Position numbers and translations under genes: made by a program. From positions 2,322-66,321 of the forward strand of contig CAVTNH010000010.1 in assembly GCA_963736025.1 (NCBI GenBank): a DNA stretch of 64,000 nucleotides, written 5' to 3'. Positions 13,422-22,938 of the stretch are shown here, in pieces. Within the stretch, counting starts at the first letter, position 1. Every line of letters begins with the position of its first letter. The notes below the pieces were generated by a model. It saw nothing but the letters and a program-made list of their open reading frames with translations, had not been told where the DNA came from and made no database searches. The DNA comes from an uncultured Chloroflexia bacterium (GTDB taxonomy: Bacteria > Chloroflexota > Limnocylindria > Limnocylindrales > CSP1-4).

Positions 13422-14351
13422 CTAGGTCTCGGCGATCACCGACGCCATCGACGCGCGCCGACCGGCGCGGCGCGACTGCCAGATGAGCACCAGCTGGCCG
13501 ATGAAGAGCAGGATCAGCGTCAGCGCCAGCATCATCGTGGCGACCGCGTTGGTCTCCGGCGTCACCCCGCGTTTGACCTGACCGAAGATGAAGAGCGGGA
13601 GGGTCGACGATCCGGGTCCGTTCACGAACGACGTGATCACGTAATCGTCGAAGCTGAACGTGAATGAGAGCAGGAAGCCGGCCACGATCGCGGGGAGCAG
13701 CTGCGGGAACGTGATCTGGCGGAACGTCCGCCATGGTGTGGCGAAGAGGTCCGAACTCGCGTCGGTCAGCGTGCGGTCCATGCCCGAGAGGCGGGCCCTG
13801 ACGAGCAGCAGGACGAGGCTCAGGTTGAACAGCACGTGGGCTGCGATCACCGTCGGGTACCCGAAGGTGAATTTGATCCCGAACGCCGACTTGAAGACGT
13901 CGAAGCTGGTCGCGAACAGCACGAGCGTCGCCAGGGCGATCACGATCTCCGGCACGATCACGCTCATGTAGGTCAACGTGTCGTACCCGACGCGGACCTT
14001 CCTGCCGACCCGCTGGAGGCCGAGCGCTGCCATCGTCCCGAAGACCGTGGCAAGGATCGCATTCGGGATCGCGATGATGAAGCTGTTCAGCAGGGCGGTC
14101 GTGACGACCTCGTCGCCGAGCGCGATGGGGAACCAGCGCGTCGAGAAGCCCTCCCAGACGCTGGTCGCCTTCGTGGTGTCGTTGAAGGCATAGAAGACCA
14201 CCACGAGGATGGGGAGGTACAGGAAGGCGAAGACGATGGCCGTGTGCGCGCGGAAGTAGAACTCGACGAGGCCGGCCCAGCGGTCGGTCTTCGGCTTCCG
14301 CTGGGCGTGGCCCGTGCGGACGACGTCCTGCGCGATGGCGGGGGCGGTCAC
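13422..14351 (-). CDS. potC: polyamine-type ABC transporter permease
   Basis: 309 aa with 6 TM segments and the EAA-loop region SGMDRTLTDASSDLFATPWRTFRQITFP. Confidence 0.8.
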   Translation of the reverse strand: MTAPAIAQDVVRTGHAQRKPKTDRWAGLVEFYFRAHTAIVFAFLYLPILVVVFYAFNDTTKATSVWEGFSTRWFPIALGDEVVTTALLNSFIIAIPNAILATVFGTMAALGLQRVGRKVRVGYDTLTYMSVIVPEIVIALATLVLFATSFDVFKSAFGIKFTFGYPTVIAAHVLFNLSLVLLLVRARLSGMDRTLTDASSDLFATPWRTFRQITFPQLLPAIVAGFLLSFTFSFDDYVITSFVNGPGSSTLPLFIFGQVKRGVTPETNAVATMMLALTLILLFIGQLVLIWQSRRAGRRASMASVIAET

Positions 14352-14358
14352 GGGAGCC

Positions 14359-15258
14359 TCACAGGACGCTGACCTCGCGGGTCTTCCGTCCGCGGTTCAG
14401 GAACCAGGTATAGGCGGCGATCGTGACGATCATGATCAGGATCAGGAATACGGCGCGCGCCGAGCCCGACGGCCAGTTCCGCGCCTCGAGGAAGTCGGTC
14501 ACGAGGGCGTTCCCCATCAGATAGGTCCGGCCGTACCCGAGGATCTGGGGGATGACGTATTCGCCCATCATCGGGATGAAGACGAGGATGCTCCCCGTCA
14601 CCAGCCCCGGCAGCGCGATCGGCAGCGTGACCTGGCGGAACGTCGCCCAACGACCGGCCCCGAGGTCCTTGGAGGCCTCGTTGAGCGACCGGTCCATCCG
14701 CTCGAGCGTCACGAACAGCGGGAACACCATGAGCGGGAGATAGCCGTACACGAGGCCGAGCATCACGGCGAACGGCGTCCCGAGGATCTGGACCTGCTCG
14801 CTCCCGGTCAGGGATCCCAGCACGCCGGCCAACCCCCCGTCCGGCGCCAGGATGATCAGCCACGCATAGGTGCGGATCAGGAAGCTCGTCCAGAACGGAA
14901 CGACCAACAGGAGGATCAGGACGCCCTTTCGGCCGCCGGCACGAGTGGCCAGGAAGTAGGCGAAGGGCAGCCCGACGAGCAGGCAGCCGATCGTGCCCAA
15001 GACGGCCATCTGCAGGCTGGTGACCAGCGGATCGGACTTCTCGATGGCGCGAACGTAGTTGTCGAGCACGAAGCCCGGTGTGTACCCGCCGTTCTTCGCC
15101 CGGGTCCCGAACGAGAACACGACGACGATCAGAAGCGGCGCGACGAGCAGGACGACATACCAGATGGTCGCGGGGAGCAGCAGGATCCCGGTGAGCAGGC
15201 GCGAGCGGACGCCCCCACCCATCCTGGCGGGCGCCGCTGGTTGCGCGCTGGCGGACAT
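14359..15258 (-). CDS. potB: polyamine-type ABC transporter permease
   Basis: 299 aa with the EAA loop ERMDRSLNEASKDLGAGRWATFRQVTLP. Confidence 0.8.
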   Translation of the reverse strand: MSASAQPAAPARMGGGVRSRLLTGILLLPATIWYVVLLVAPLLIVVVFSFGTRAKNGGYTPGFVLDNYVRAIEKSDPLVTSLQMAVLGTIGCLLVGLPFAYFLATRAGGRKGVLILLLVVPFWTSFLIRTYAWLIILAPDGGLAGVLGSLTGSEQVQILGTPFAVMLGLVYGYLPLMVFPLFVTLERMDRSLNEASKDLGAGRWATFRQVTLPIALPGLVTGSILVFIPMMGEYVIPQILGYGRTYLMGNALVTDFLEARNWPSGSARAVFLILIMIVTIAAYTWFLNRGRKTREVSVL

Positions 15259-15288
15259 GACCGACGATCCGCCCGCTCGCGCCTTCCT

Positions 15289-16512
15289 CTACTTCCCGAT
15301 GTTCTGCTTGAACTCTTCCCAGATGTCGATGCGTTGGTTGTTGCCCGAGGTGTCCTGCGACCCCTCGAGGATGGCGAACACGTCTTCGGGCGGGAAGACC
15401 GCCGGGTCGTTCAGGACCGCGGGGTCCACGAGCGGCTTCGCCTTGTCGTTCGGCGTCGCATACAGGTTGTAGTTCGTCTCCTTGGCCTGGATGTCGGGTT
15501 CATGGATGAAGTTGAGGAAGGCATACGCCGCGTTCGGGTTCGGGGCGTCCGCGAGCATGACCCACGTGTCGAGCCAGAAGATCGTGCCTTCGCTGGGGAC
15601 GACATAGCCCTTGTCCTTGACGTCGCCCATCTGGGTATTCATGACACCGGTCCATCCGAGGGCCATGGCCGCCTCGCCCGATGCGATCTTGTCGCCGTAC
15701 TTGTTCGAGTCCAGCGCCAGGACATGCGGTGCGAAGTCGAGCAGGACCGTGCGCGCCTGGTCCAGCTCGGCCTGGTCGACCGAATTGGCCGAGAAGCCGA
15801 GCATCTTCAGCGGGAAGGTGAACACGTCACCCATCGAATCGACGACGACGATCTTGCCCGATGCGGGACCCTTCGCGAGGTCGAGGAAATCCTTCCACGT
15901 CTTCGGGACGGACGGCAGGGCGAATTCCTTGTACAGGATGCCGGTCGTGCCGTAGTCCTTCGGGATCTGGTAGTCGTCGGTCGGATCCCACCAGAGGCCC
16001 TTGAACTTGGGATCGATGTTGGCCAGGTTCGGGAGCCGCGACTTGTCGAGCTTCTGAAGGAAGCCACCTTCGACCATGCCGGGGACGTACTCCGCGGTCG
16101 GGGCCGCGATGTCGTAGCCGCCGCCGCCCGCCTGGAGCTTGGCGATCAGCGCCTCGTTGTTGTCGTAGATGTCGTACTGGAACTTGCTGACCCCGAACTT
16201 GGCCTTGTAGGCCTCGATGTTCTCGGGGTTGATGTACTCGCTCCAGTTGTACATGTAGAGCTGCTTCTCGACGTCGCCGGCGGGCGCGAAGCTCTCGGCC
16301 GCAGCTGACGCGGCCGCGGACGGCGGTGCCGCCGATTCGGCGCCACTGGCGGCAGGCGCCGCGCTCGGCGCGCTCGATGCCGCCCCGCCGGTGGTGCACG
16401 CCGCGAGGGCTGCGCCGGTGGCGGTCAGACCCGCTGCGGCCAGGAAGCCGCGCCGGTTGATCCGGGTCTCCGACATCCGTCGAAGGACCTTGTCGAGATC
16501 TTGTTCGCTCAC
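15289..16512 (-). CDS. potD: polyamine-type ABC substrate-binding lipoprotein (Tat-like signal plus lipobox)
   Basis: N-terminal RINRRGFLAAAGLTATGAALAAC. The body resembles PotD/PotF (YMYNWSEYI, WDP...IPKDYGTTG). An alternative start is ATG 16476. Confidence 0.8.
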   Translation of the reverse strand: MSEQDLDKVLRRMSETRINRRGFLAAAGLTATGAALAACTTGGAASSAPSAAPAASGAESAAPPSAAASAAAESFAPAGDVEKQLYMYNWSEYINPENIEAYKAKFGVSKFQYDIYDNNEALIAKLQAGGGGYDIAAPTAEYVPGMVEGGFLQKLDKSRLPNLANIDPKFKGLWWDPTDDYQIPKDYGTTGILYKEFALPSVPKTWKDFLDLAKGPASGKIVVVDSMGDVFTFPLKMLGFSANSVDQAELDQARTVLLDFAPHVLALDSNKYGDKIASGEAAMALGWTGVMNTQMGDVKDKGYVVPSEGTIFWLDTWVMLADAPNPNAAYAFLNFIHEPDIQAKETNYNLYATPNDKAKPLVDPAVLNDPAVFPPEDVFAILEGSQDTSGNNQRIDIWEEFKQNIGK

Positions 16513-16559
16513 GAGAGATGCCTCCTCCGATCCCGACCTCGTCGGGGTCCGTTCCGTCC

Positions 16560-17747
<1,188 letters not shown>

Positions 17748-17800
17748 GGAGGCGGTCAACGGCGGTCCTCGGGGGCGGACGATCGGGCGCTGAGCACTCC

Positions 17801-17817
17801 CTGTAGCGTCGCTACAG
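17801..17817. promoter_or_regulatory. perfect 8-1-8 palindrome CTGTAGCGTCGCTACAG, candidate operator
   Basis: Read directly. It lies in the divergent potA / XRE-cupin regulator intergenic region. Confidence 0.3.
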
Positions 17818-17967
17818 GTGGCACGGATGGTACGGGCGAGGGGCGGCCTCGTCAACGCGCCGTTCCTGCGAAATCTCGCACGAAACGACGGATCTTCGAT
17901 GCCCGCTGCGCAACCATCTGTACCTATACTTCAGGCCGCCGACGCGCGCATGACTCGGGAGGGGACG

Positions 17968-18526
17968 ATGGAGACGACGGACCTGCAGCTCGGATCCCGC
18001 ATCCGGGCGATCCGCAAGGCACGTCGCCGCACGCTTCGGGAGGTCGCCGCCCAGGCCGGGGTCACCGAGAGCTTCCTCTCCCAGGTCGAGCGCGACGTGA
18101 CCAGCCCGTCGATCGCCACGGTCCAGCGGATCGCCCGCGCCCTCGACCTCTCGATCGCCCAGCTCTTCGCCGAGGAGACGCCGAGCGGGCGCGTCGTCCG
18201 GCGCGAGGCCCGACGCCGCGTGACCTACCCCGGCCTCCAGGCCGTTGACGAGTTCCTGACCTCGAACATGGCGTCGCGCCTCCAGGTGATCCTCTCGACG
18301 ATCGAACCCGGCGGCGGGACCGGGCGAGGAGCCGTACACCCACGACTCGGACGAGGAGGTCGTCGTGGTCCTCGCGGGCGTGCTGGACCTGTGGGTCGGC
18401 GAGGAGCACTACGTCCTGCGCGAGGGCGACGCCATCACGTTCCCGTCGCGGCTGCCGCACTGGAACATGAACCGCGGCGATGCGCCCGCCAGCGTGCTGT
18501 TCTGCCTCACGCCACCGAGCTTCTAG
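17968..18526 (+). pseudogene. XRE-family HTH plus cupin transcriptional regulator (PuuR-like), one +1 shift near 18322
   Basis: GGGAGG 5 nt before ATG 17968. The HTH is LREVAAQAGVTESFLSQVERD. After ...STIEPGGG the cupin continues in the next frame (EEPYTHDSDEEVVVVLAGVLDLWVGEEHYVLREGDAITFPSRLPHW) to TAG 18524-18526. Confidence 0.75.
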
Positions 18527-18546
18527 ACAGGCAGCGGTCGGGGAAC

Positions 18547-18620
18547 TGCAACGCCGTTGCAACGTTGTGCGCGCGCGCACCGGACCATACGGTCCTGTCA
18601 GGTCGTGGACCATCGGGTCC
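18547..18620. promoter_or_regulatory. palindrome TGCAACGCCGTTGCA plus two GGACC-N4-GGTCC inverted repeats spaced 25 nt apart
   Basis: Read directly at 18547-18561, 18582-18595 and 18607-18620, upstream of the secreted peptidase gene. Confidence 0.3.
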
Positions 18621-18695
18621 TGCCCCGACGATCGGCACGCGCGATACTTGCGTCACGTACGCCCGACCATCGGGTGGCCCCGCTCACCGGATGCC

Positions 18696-19496
18696 ATGCG
18701 ACTCGCAGAGCCTGCCCAAGAGCCACGCGCGCGCCTGACTGCCTTCCTTCGGGCGGGGGTCCTGGCAGTGGCCTGTCTCGCGCTCCTGCCGTTGCCCGTC
18801 GCGCTCGCCGCCGATCCCGCGCCGACCGAGACGACCGACCCCGACGGCCACCACGACGCCACCCCCGAGCCGACGGCCACCCCCGAGCCGACGCCGGAGC
18901 CCACCCCCGAGCCGACCCCGGTCACCGCCCCGTACGCGATCAACCTCTATCGGGCAAGCACCGTGGTCCGCCAGTACAAGAACACGTGGTGCGTCCCGGC
19001 CGCGACCCAGTCGATGTGGAACCTCATCGGCGGAACCTCGAACATGTCCTATGCGCGGCAGAAGAGCCTGTACGCGCAGATCCGCAAGCACAACCGGTAC
19101 CGCTACAAGACGGCCGGCAACGACGTCCAGGGCTGGGCCTGGGCGCTGCGCAACTACACCGGCCAGCCGTACCAGTGGTCCGCGTACACCTCGAAGACCA
19201 CCGCGATCAAGGCGATCGCCGCGGCCATCGACCGCACGAACCACCCGGTCGGGATCACCGTCCACCACGGGACGCACGCCTGGATCGTGCTCGGCTACCA
19301 GTCCACCGTGGACCCCGACACGGGGCGCAAGACGATCCGCGGGTTCTACGTCCACGGGCCGCTCGGCCCGGGCTCGCGCGACCCGTGGAAGTACCGCTAC
19401 ATGTCGATGGCCGGGTTCCGCAAGGTCTACGGCTACTACCACGAGAAGACCCGCAAGGTCATCTGGGAACGCAAGTACGTGCTGGTCTCCGACTGA
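18696..19496 (+). CDS. secreted protein with a papain-fold (C39-like) cysteine peptidase domain
   Basis: Signal peptide, a TPEPTP linker, then Q-x5-WC (RQYKNTWCVPAATQSMW) and a later HHGTHAWIVLGY. This is a Gln/Cys/His arrangement typical of papain-like peptidases. The K/Y/W-rich composition is unlike the neighbouring genes. Confidence 0.55.
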   Translation: MRLAEPAQEPRARLTAFLRAGVLAVACLALLPLPVALAADPAPTETTDPDGHHDATPEPTATPEPTPEPTPEPTPVTAPYAINLYRASTVVRQYKNTWCVPAATQSMWNLIGGTSNMSYARQKSLYAQIRKHNRYRYKTAGNDVQGWAWALRNYTGQPYQWSAYTSKTTAIKAIAAAIDRTNHPVGITVHHGTHAWIVLGYQSTVDPDTGRKTIRGFYVHGPLGPGSRDPWKYRYMSMAGFRKVYGYYHEKTRKVIWERKYVLVSD

Positions 19497-19534
19497 CCGA
19501 CGAGCACGGGTGTCGGCGGGCCTCGACCCGCCCC

Positions 19535-19540
19535 TAGAAT
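19535..19540 (+). promoter_or_regulatory. candidate -10 box TAGAAT (leaderless-type) for manC
   Basis: TAGAAT lies 9 nt before ATG 19550. The same hexamer and spacing occur at lysC. Confidence 0.4.
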
Positions 19541-19549
19541 GAGCGGCGC

Positions 19550-20608
19550 ATGTACGGCGTGATCATGGCCGGTGGTGGTGGGACGAGGCTGCACCCACTC
19601 AGCCGGGCCGAGCGGCCCAAGCCCTTCCTTCCGCTGCTCGGCCCCGAGTCCCTGCTCCAGGCGACGGCCGCGCGCCTGCGCCCGCTGACCGACGACATCA
19701 CGGTCGTCACCGACCGTCGCTACGAATCGATGGTCCGCGACCAGCTCCCCGACGCGGCCCTCCTGCTCGAGCCGCTCGGGCGCAACACGGCCGCCGCCAT
19801 CGCCCTGGCGACGCTCGCGATCGACCGCTCGCCCGACGAGGTCATGGTCGTGCTGCCGGCCGACCAGACCATCGAACGCGAGGACGCCTTCCGCGACGTC
19901 CTGCGCGCCGCGGCGGACCACCTCGCGACCGGCGCGTTCGGCATCGACGACCCGCTCGTGACCCTCGGCGTGCAGCCCGACCGTCCGGCCACCGAGTACG
20001 GCTACCTGCTGCCGGCCGCCGACCGCGGCGAGGCGATCGCCGGACTCCAGGCGTATCCGCTGCGCGGCTTCGAGGAGAAGCCCAACCCGGCCCGGGCCGA
20101 GCAGCTCCAGCGCGAGACCGGGATCGCCTGGAACGCGGGCATGTTCCTGTGGCGACGCCGGGCCATCCGGTCGGCCCTGGAGCGGTACACGGGCCTTCTC
20201 CAGACGATCGGGCCGATGATCGGCTCGCCCTCGATGCTCGAGCGCGCCTACGAATCGATCCAGAAGGCGATGTCGATCGACTACGCGGTGATGGAGGGCG
20301 CCGCCCGCGACGGTCGCGTCCTGATGGCCGCCATGGACGTCGGCTGGTCCGACCTCGGTTCGTGGTCGGCCCTGCTCGGGGCGCTCGGCTCGAACGGGAC
20401 GGGCGCCGTCGTCCAGCCCGGCGAGACGGTCACCGTCGACGCCGACGACCTCATCGTCCGCCGGATGGGCGGGCGCCTCGGGGTCATCGCTCCGCTGGAG
20501 CGGGGTAGCATGACGGCGACGCAGCCCATCGCGGTGCTCCGCGGGGCCGCGTCCGACGCCGGACGCATCGGCGAGCTCATCGAGCGATGCTCCGAACCGG
20601 GAGGATGA
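19550..20608 (+). CDS. manC: mannose-1-phosphate guanylyltransferase
   Basis: N-terminal VIMAGGGGTRLHPLSR nucleotidyl-transferase motif and a ManC/CpsB-like body. It has no fused PMI domain. Confidence 0.8.
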   Translation: MYGVIMAGGGGTRLHPLSRAERPKPFLPLLGPESLLQATAARLRPLTDDITVVTDRRYESMVRDQLPDAALLLEPLGRNTAAAIALATLAIDRSPDEVMVVLPADQTIEREDAFRDVLRAAADHLATGAFGIDDPLVTLGVQPDRPATEYGYLLPAADRGEAIAGLQAYPLRGFEEKPNPARAEQLQRETGIAWNAGMFLWRRRAIRSALERYTGLLQTIGPMIGSPSMLERAYESIQKAMSIDYAVMEGAARDGRVLMAAMDVGWSDLGSWSALLGALGSNGTGAVVQPGETVTVDADDLIVRRMGGRLGVIAPLERGSMTATQPIAVLRGAASDAGRIGELIERCSEPGG

Positions 20609-20609
20609 C

Positions 20610-22091
20610 GTGACCACCACGACCGGCGCCGCGGCGCCCACGACCATCGTGTTCGGGACCGATGGATGGCGGGCGCGGATCGCCGACGACTACACGTTCG
20701 AGAACGTCCGGCGCTGCGCCGACGGCGTCGCGAGCTACGTCGTCGAGCGTGGGGAACAGGCCAAGGGCGTCGTCATCGCCTTCGATCGCCGGTTCGCGTC
20801 CGAGCACTTCGCCGAGGCGGCCGCCGAGGTCCTGCTCGCGCACGGCATCGGCGTCGTCATCGCCCAGCACGCCGTCCCGACGCAGATGAGCTCGTACGAG
20901 GTCGTCGAGCGCGGCGCCGCCGCCGGCATCGTCATCACCGCGAGCCACAACCCGTGGGTCGACAACGGGTTCAAGGTCAAGGCGCCGACCGGTTCCGCCG
21001 CCGGCCCGGAGGTCCTCAAGACCATCGAGGCCCGCCTCGCGGTGAACGGCGGGGCACCCATCGAGCGCCGGCCGATCGCCGACGCCGAGGCGGCCGGCAT
21101 GGTCGAACGCTTCGACCCGTTCACCGGCTACGAGCAGTACCTGCGGCGGACGATCGACGTCGACGCCCTCAAGGCCGCCGACGTGCACGTCCTGGTCGAC
21201 CCGATGTGGGGCGCCGGCGCGGGCTGGATCAGCCGGCTGCTGGCCGGCGGCACGATCCGGGTGACCGAGATCCACCAGGAGCGCAACCCGTACTTCGGTG
21301 GCGTCAATCCCGAGCCGATCCGGCCGAACGTCGACGAGGCGCTGGGGATGCTCGCAGGTGGCGGCTACGACCTGGGCCTGCTGCTCGACGGCGATGCCGA
21401 CCGGGCGGGCGCCGCGGACGAGCGCGGCACGTTCATCCATCAGCTCCAGGTGACCGGCCTGCTCATGTACTACCTCGCCGAGTACCGCGGCCTGCGGCAG
21501 CCCGTCGTCGTGAGCGTCAACAACACCTCGATGGTGGAACGCCTCGGCGAGATCTACGGCATCAAGACGTTCGAGACGTCGGTCGGCTTCAAGTACATCG
21601 GCCCCAAGATGATCGAGACGGGCGCGATGATGGGCGCCGAGGAGTCGGGCGGCTTCGGGTTCGGGATGCACCTGCCCGAGCGCGACGGCGTCTACGCCGA
21701 CCTCATGCTGCTCGACCTGTTCCTGCGCGAGAAGGCGGCCGGCCGCTGGCCCGTCTCGAAGGCGATCGAGCACTTCCACGAGATCGCCGGACCGTCCTGG
21801 TACACCCGCGTCGACGTCCACGTGGAGCGCAATCTGTACCCCGAGACCAAGCGGCGCCTGCTGGTCGAGCTGCGCGACCAGGCCCCGACCGAGCTGGCCG
21901 GGCAGCCGGTCACCCGGAGCATCACGCTCGACACCAACGACGGCTCGAAGTTCTACGTCGCCGACGGCTCCTGGCTGCTGGTGCGGACGTCGGGCACGGA
22001 GCCGCTCGTGCGGGTCTACGTCGAGGCGACCTCGGAGACGACGCGCGACGCGATGCTGGCGGCCGGGGAGCGGCTCGTCCGCGGCTCATGA
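20610..22091 (+). CDS. phosphomannomutase/phosphoglucomutase
   Basis: Active-site loop TASHNPWVDNGFK, metal loop DGDADR, and GEESGG. Confidence 0.9.
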   Translation: MTTTTGAAAPTTIVFGTDGWRARIADDYTFENVRRCADGVASYVVERGEQAKGVVIAFDRRFASEHFAEAAAEVLLAHGIGVVIAQHAVPTQMSSYEVVERGAAAGIVITASHNPWVDNGFKVKAPTGSAAGPEVLKTIEARLAVNGGAPIERRPIADAEAAGMVERFDPFTGYEQYLRRTIDVDALKAADVHVLVDPMWGAGAGWISRLLAGGTIRVTEIHQERNPYFGGVNPEPIRPNVDEALGMLAGGGYDLGLLLDGDADRAGAADERGTFIHQLQVTGLLMYYLAEYRGLRQPVVVSVNNTSMVERLGEIYGIKTFETSVGFKYIGPKMIETGAMMGAEESGGFGFGMHLPERDGVYADLMLLDLFLREKAAGRWPVSKAIEHFHEIAGPSWYTRVDVHVERNLYPETKRRLLVELRDQAPTELAGQPVTRSITLDTNDGSKFYVADGSWLLVRTSGTEPLVRVYVEATSETTRDAMLAAGERLVRGS

Positions 22092-22465
22092 CGTCCGGGG
22101 ACGGATCGGCGAGGCGCGTCGAGAAGCCCTGGGGCCACGAGCTCATCTGGGCCCACACCGACCGGTACGTCGGCAAGATCCTGGTCATCGAGACCGGCAA
22201 GCGGCTGTCCCTGCAGCGCCACGAGATCAAGGACGAGACGATCCTGGTCCTGTCGGGCCGGCTGCGGCTGACCATCGAGGGCGACGACGGCGTCGTCGGC
22301 CAGGAGGAGCTCGGGCCGGGCGACCACCGACGGGTGGCGACGGGCCGGATCCACCGCTACGAGGCGATCGAGCGGTGCGAGCTCATCGAGGTGTCCACGC
22401 CGGAGCTCGACGACGTCATCCGGCTCGAAGACGACTTCGGGCGCGAGGGCACGAACGCGCCCTGA
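22088..22465 (+). CDS. cupin domain protein (like the cupin of type II phosphomannose isomerases)
   Basis: ATGA overlap with the upstream gene. KPWGHELIW...LSLQRHEIKDETILVLSGR...IHRYEA. Confidence 0.65.
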   Translation: MTSGDGSARRVEKPWGHELIWAHTDRYVGKILVIETGKRLSLQRHEIKDETILVLSGRLRLTIEGDDGVVGQEELGPGDHRRVATGRIHRYEAIERCELIEVSTPELDDVIRLEDDFGREGTNAP

Positions 22466-22530
22466 CTGCGGCAAAGGTCTTGGTGCGGTCGGGACGATTT
22501 TGGAGGGGTGACCGGCGGGTTTCGCAGGTG

Positions 22531-22536
22531 TACCCT
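22531..22536 (+). promoter_or_regulatory. candidate -10 box TACCCT upstream of the SWIM gene
   Basis: TANNNT about 95 nt before ATG 22631. The predicted 5' UTR contains a nested hairpin at 22547-22588. Confidence 0.25.
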
Positions 22537-22630
22537 GTCGTCACACGACCGCCATCACCGGTCGAAGGTGCATGACCGGACGGCGGCCCCGTGAGCGCTC
22601 CCGAGTTGGGGCGACGGAGGTTGCACGACG

Positions 22631-22912
22631 ATGCACAGCTCCCTGATCGGCAAGGTCGAGAAGGCGAATCGCTACGCGCGAGAGCTCGATCGGATCACAA
22701 TCGATCGACTGTCGCTCACCTTCCGCGGTGACAACGATACGCATCACGTCAGTCTCGACGCCGGCCAGTGGCGATGCACCTGCCACTACTTCGAGAGTTG
22801 GGGATCGTGCGTCCATCTCCTGACCCTGCAGAAGGTCATGGGCGTGATGCTGCCCGAGGAGGCCCAGGTCTCCATCTTCTCGGCCACGACCGAGGCAGTC
22901 CCCACCGCCTGA
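22631..22912 (+). CDS. small SWIM zinc-finger protein
   Basis: 93 aa. The CxC-x10-CxH signature is WRCTCHYFESWGSCVHLL. GGAGG lies upstream. My hand count gives 175 G+C in 282 nt (62%), lower than the surrounding DNA. Confidence 0.7.
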   Translation: MHSSLIGKVEKANRYARELDRITIDRLSLTFRGDNDTHHVSLDAGQWRCTCHYFESWGSCVHLLTLQKVMGVMLPEEAQVSIFSATTEAVPTA

Positions 22913-22938
22913 CCTGACCGTCCGCCACGCGGCGGGCG

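Noticed and set aside
18861-18920. Short tandem nucleotide repeats (ACCCCCGAGCCGAC...) and the similar GACGAGCCCAC repeats at 33421-33497
   Set aside because: They encode in-frame Pro/Thr/Glu and Asp/Glu/Pro/Thr linkers of exported proteins. They lack the spacer/repeat structure of a CRISPR array and show no sign of being a non-coding VNTR.
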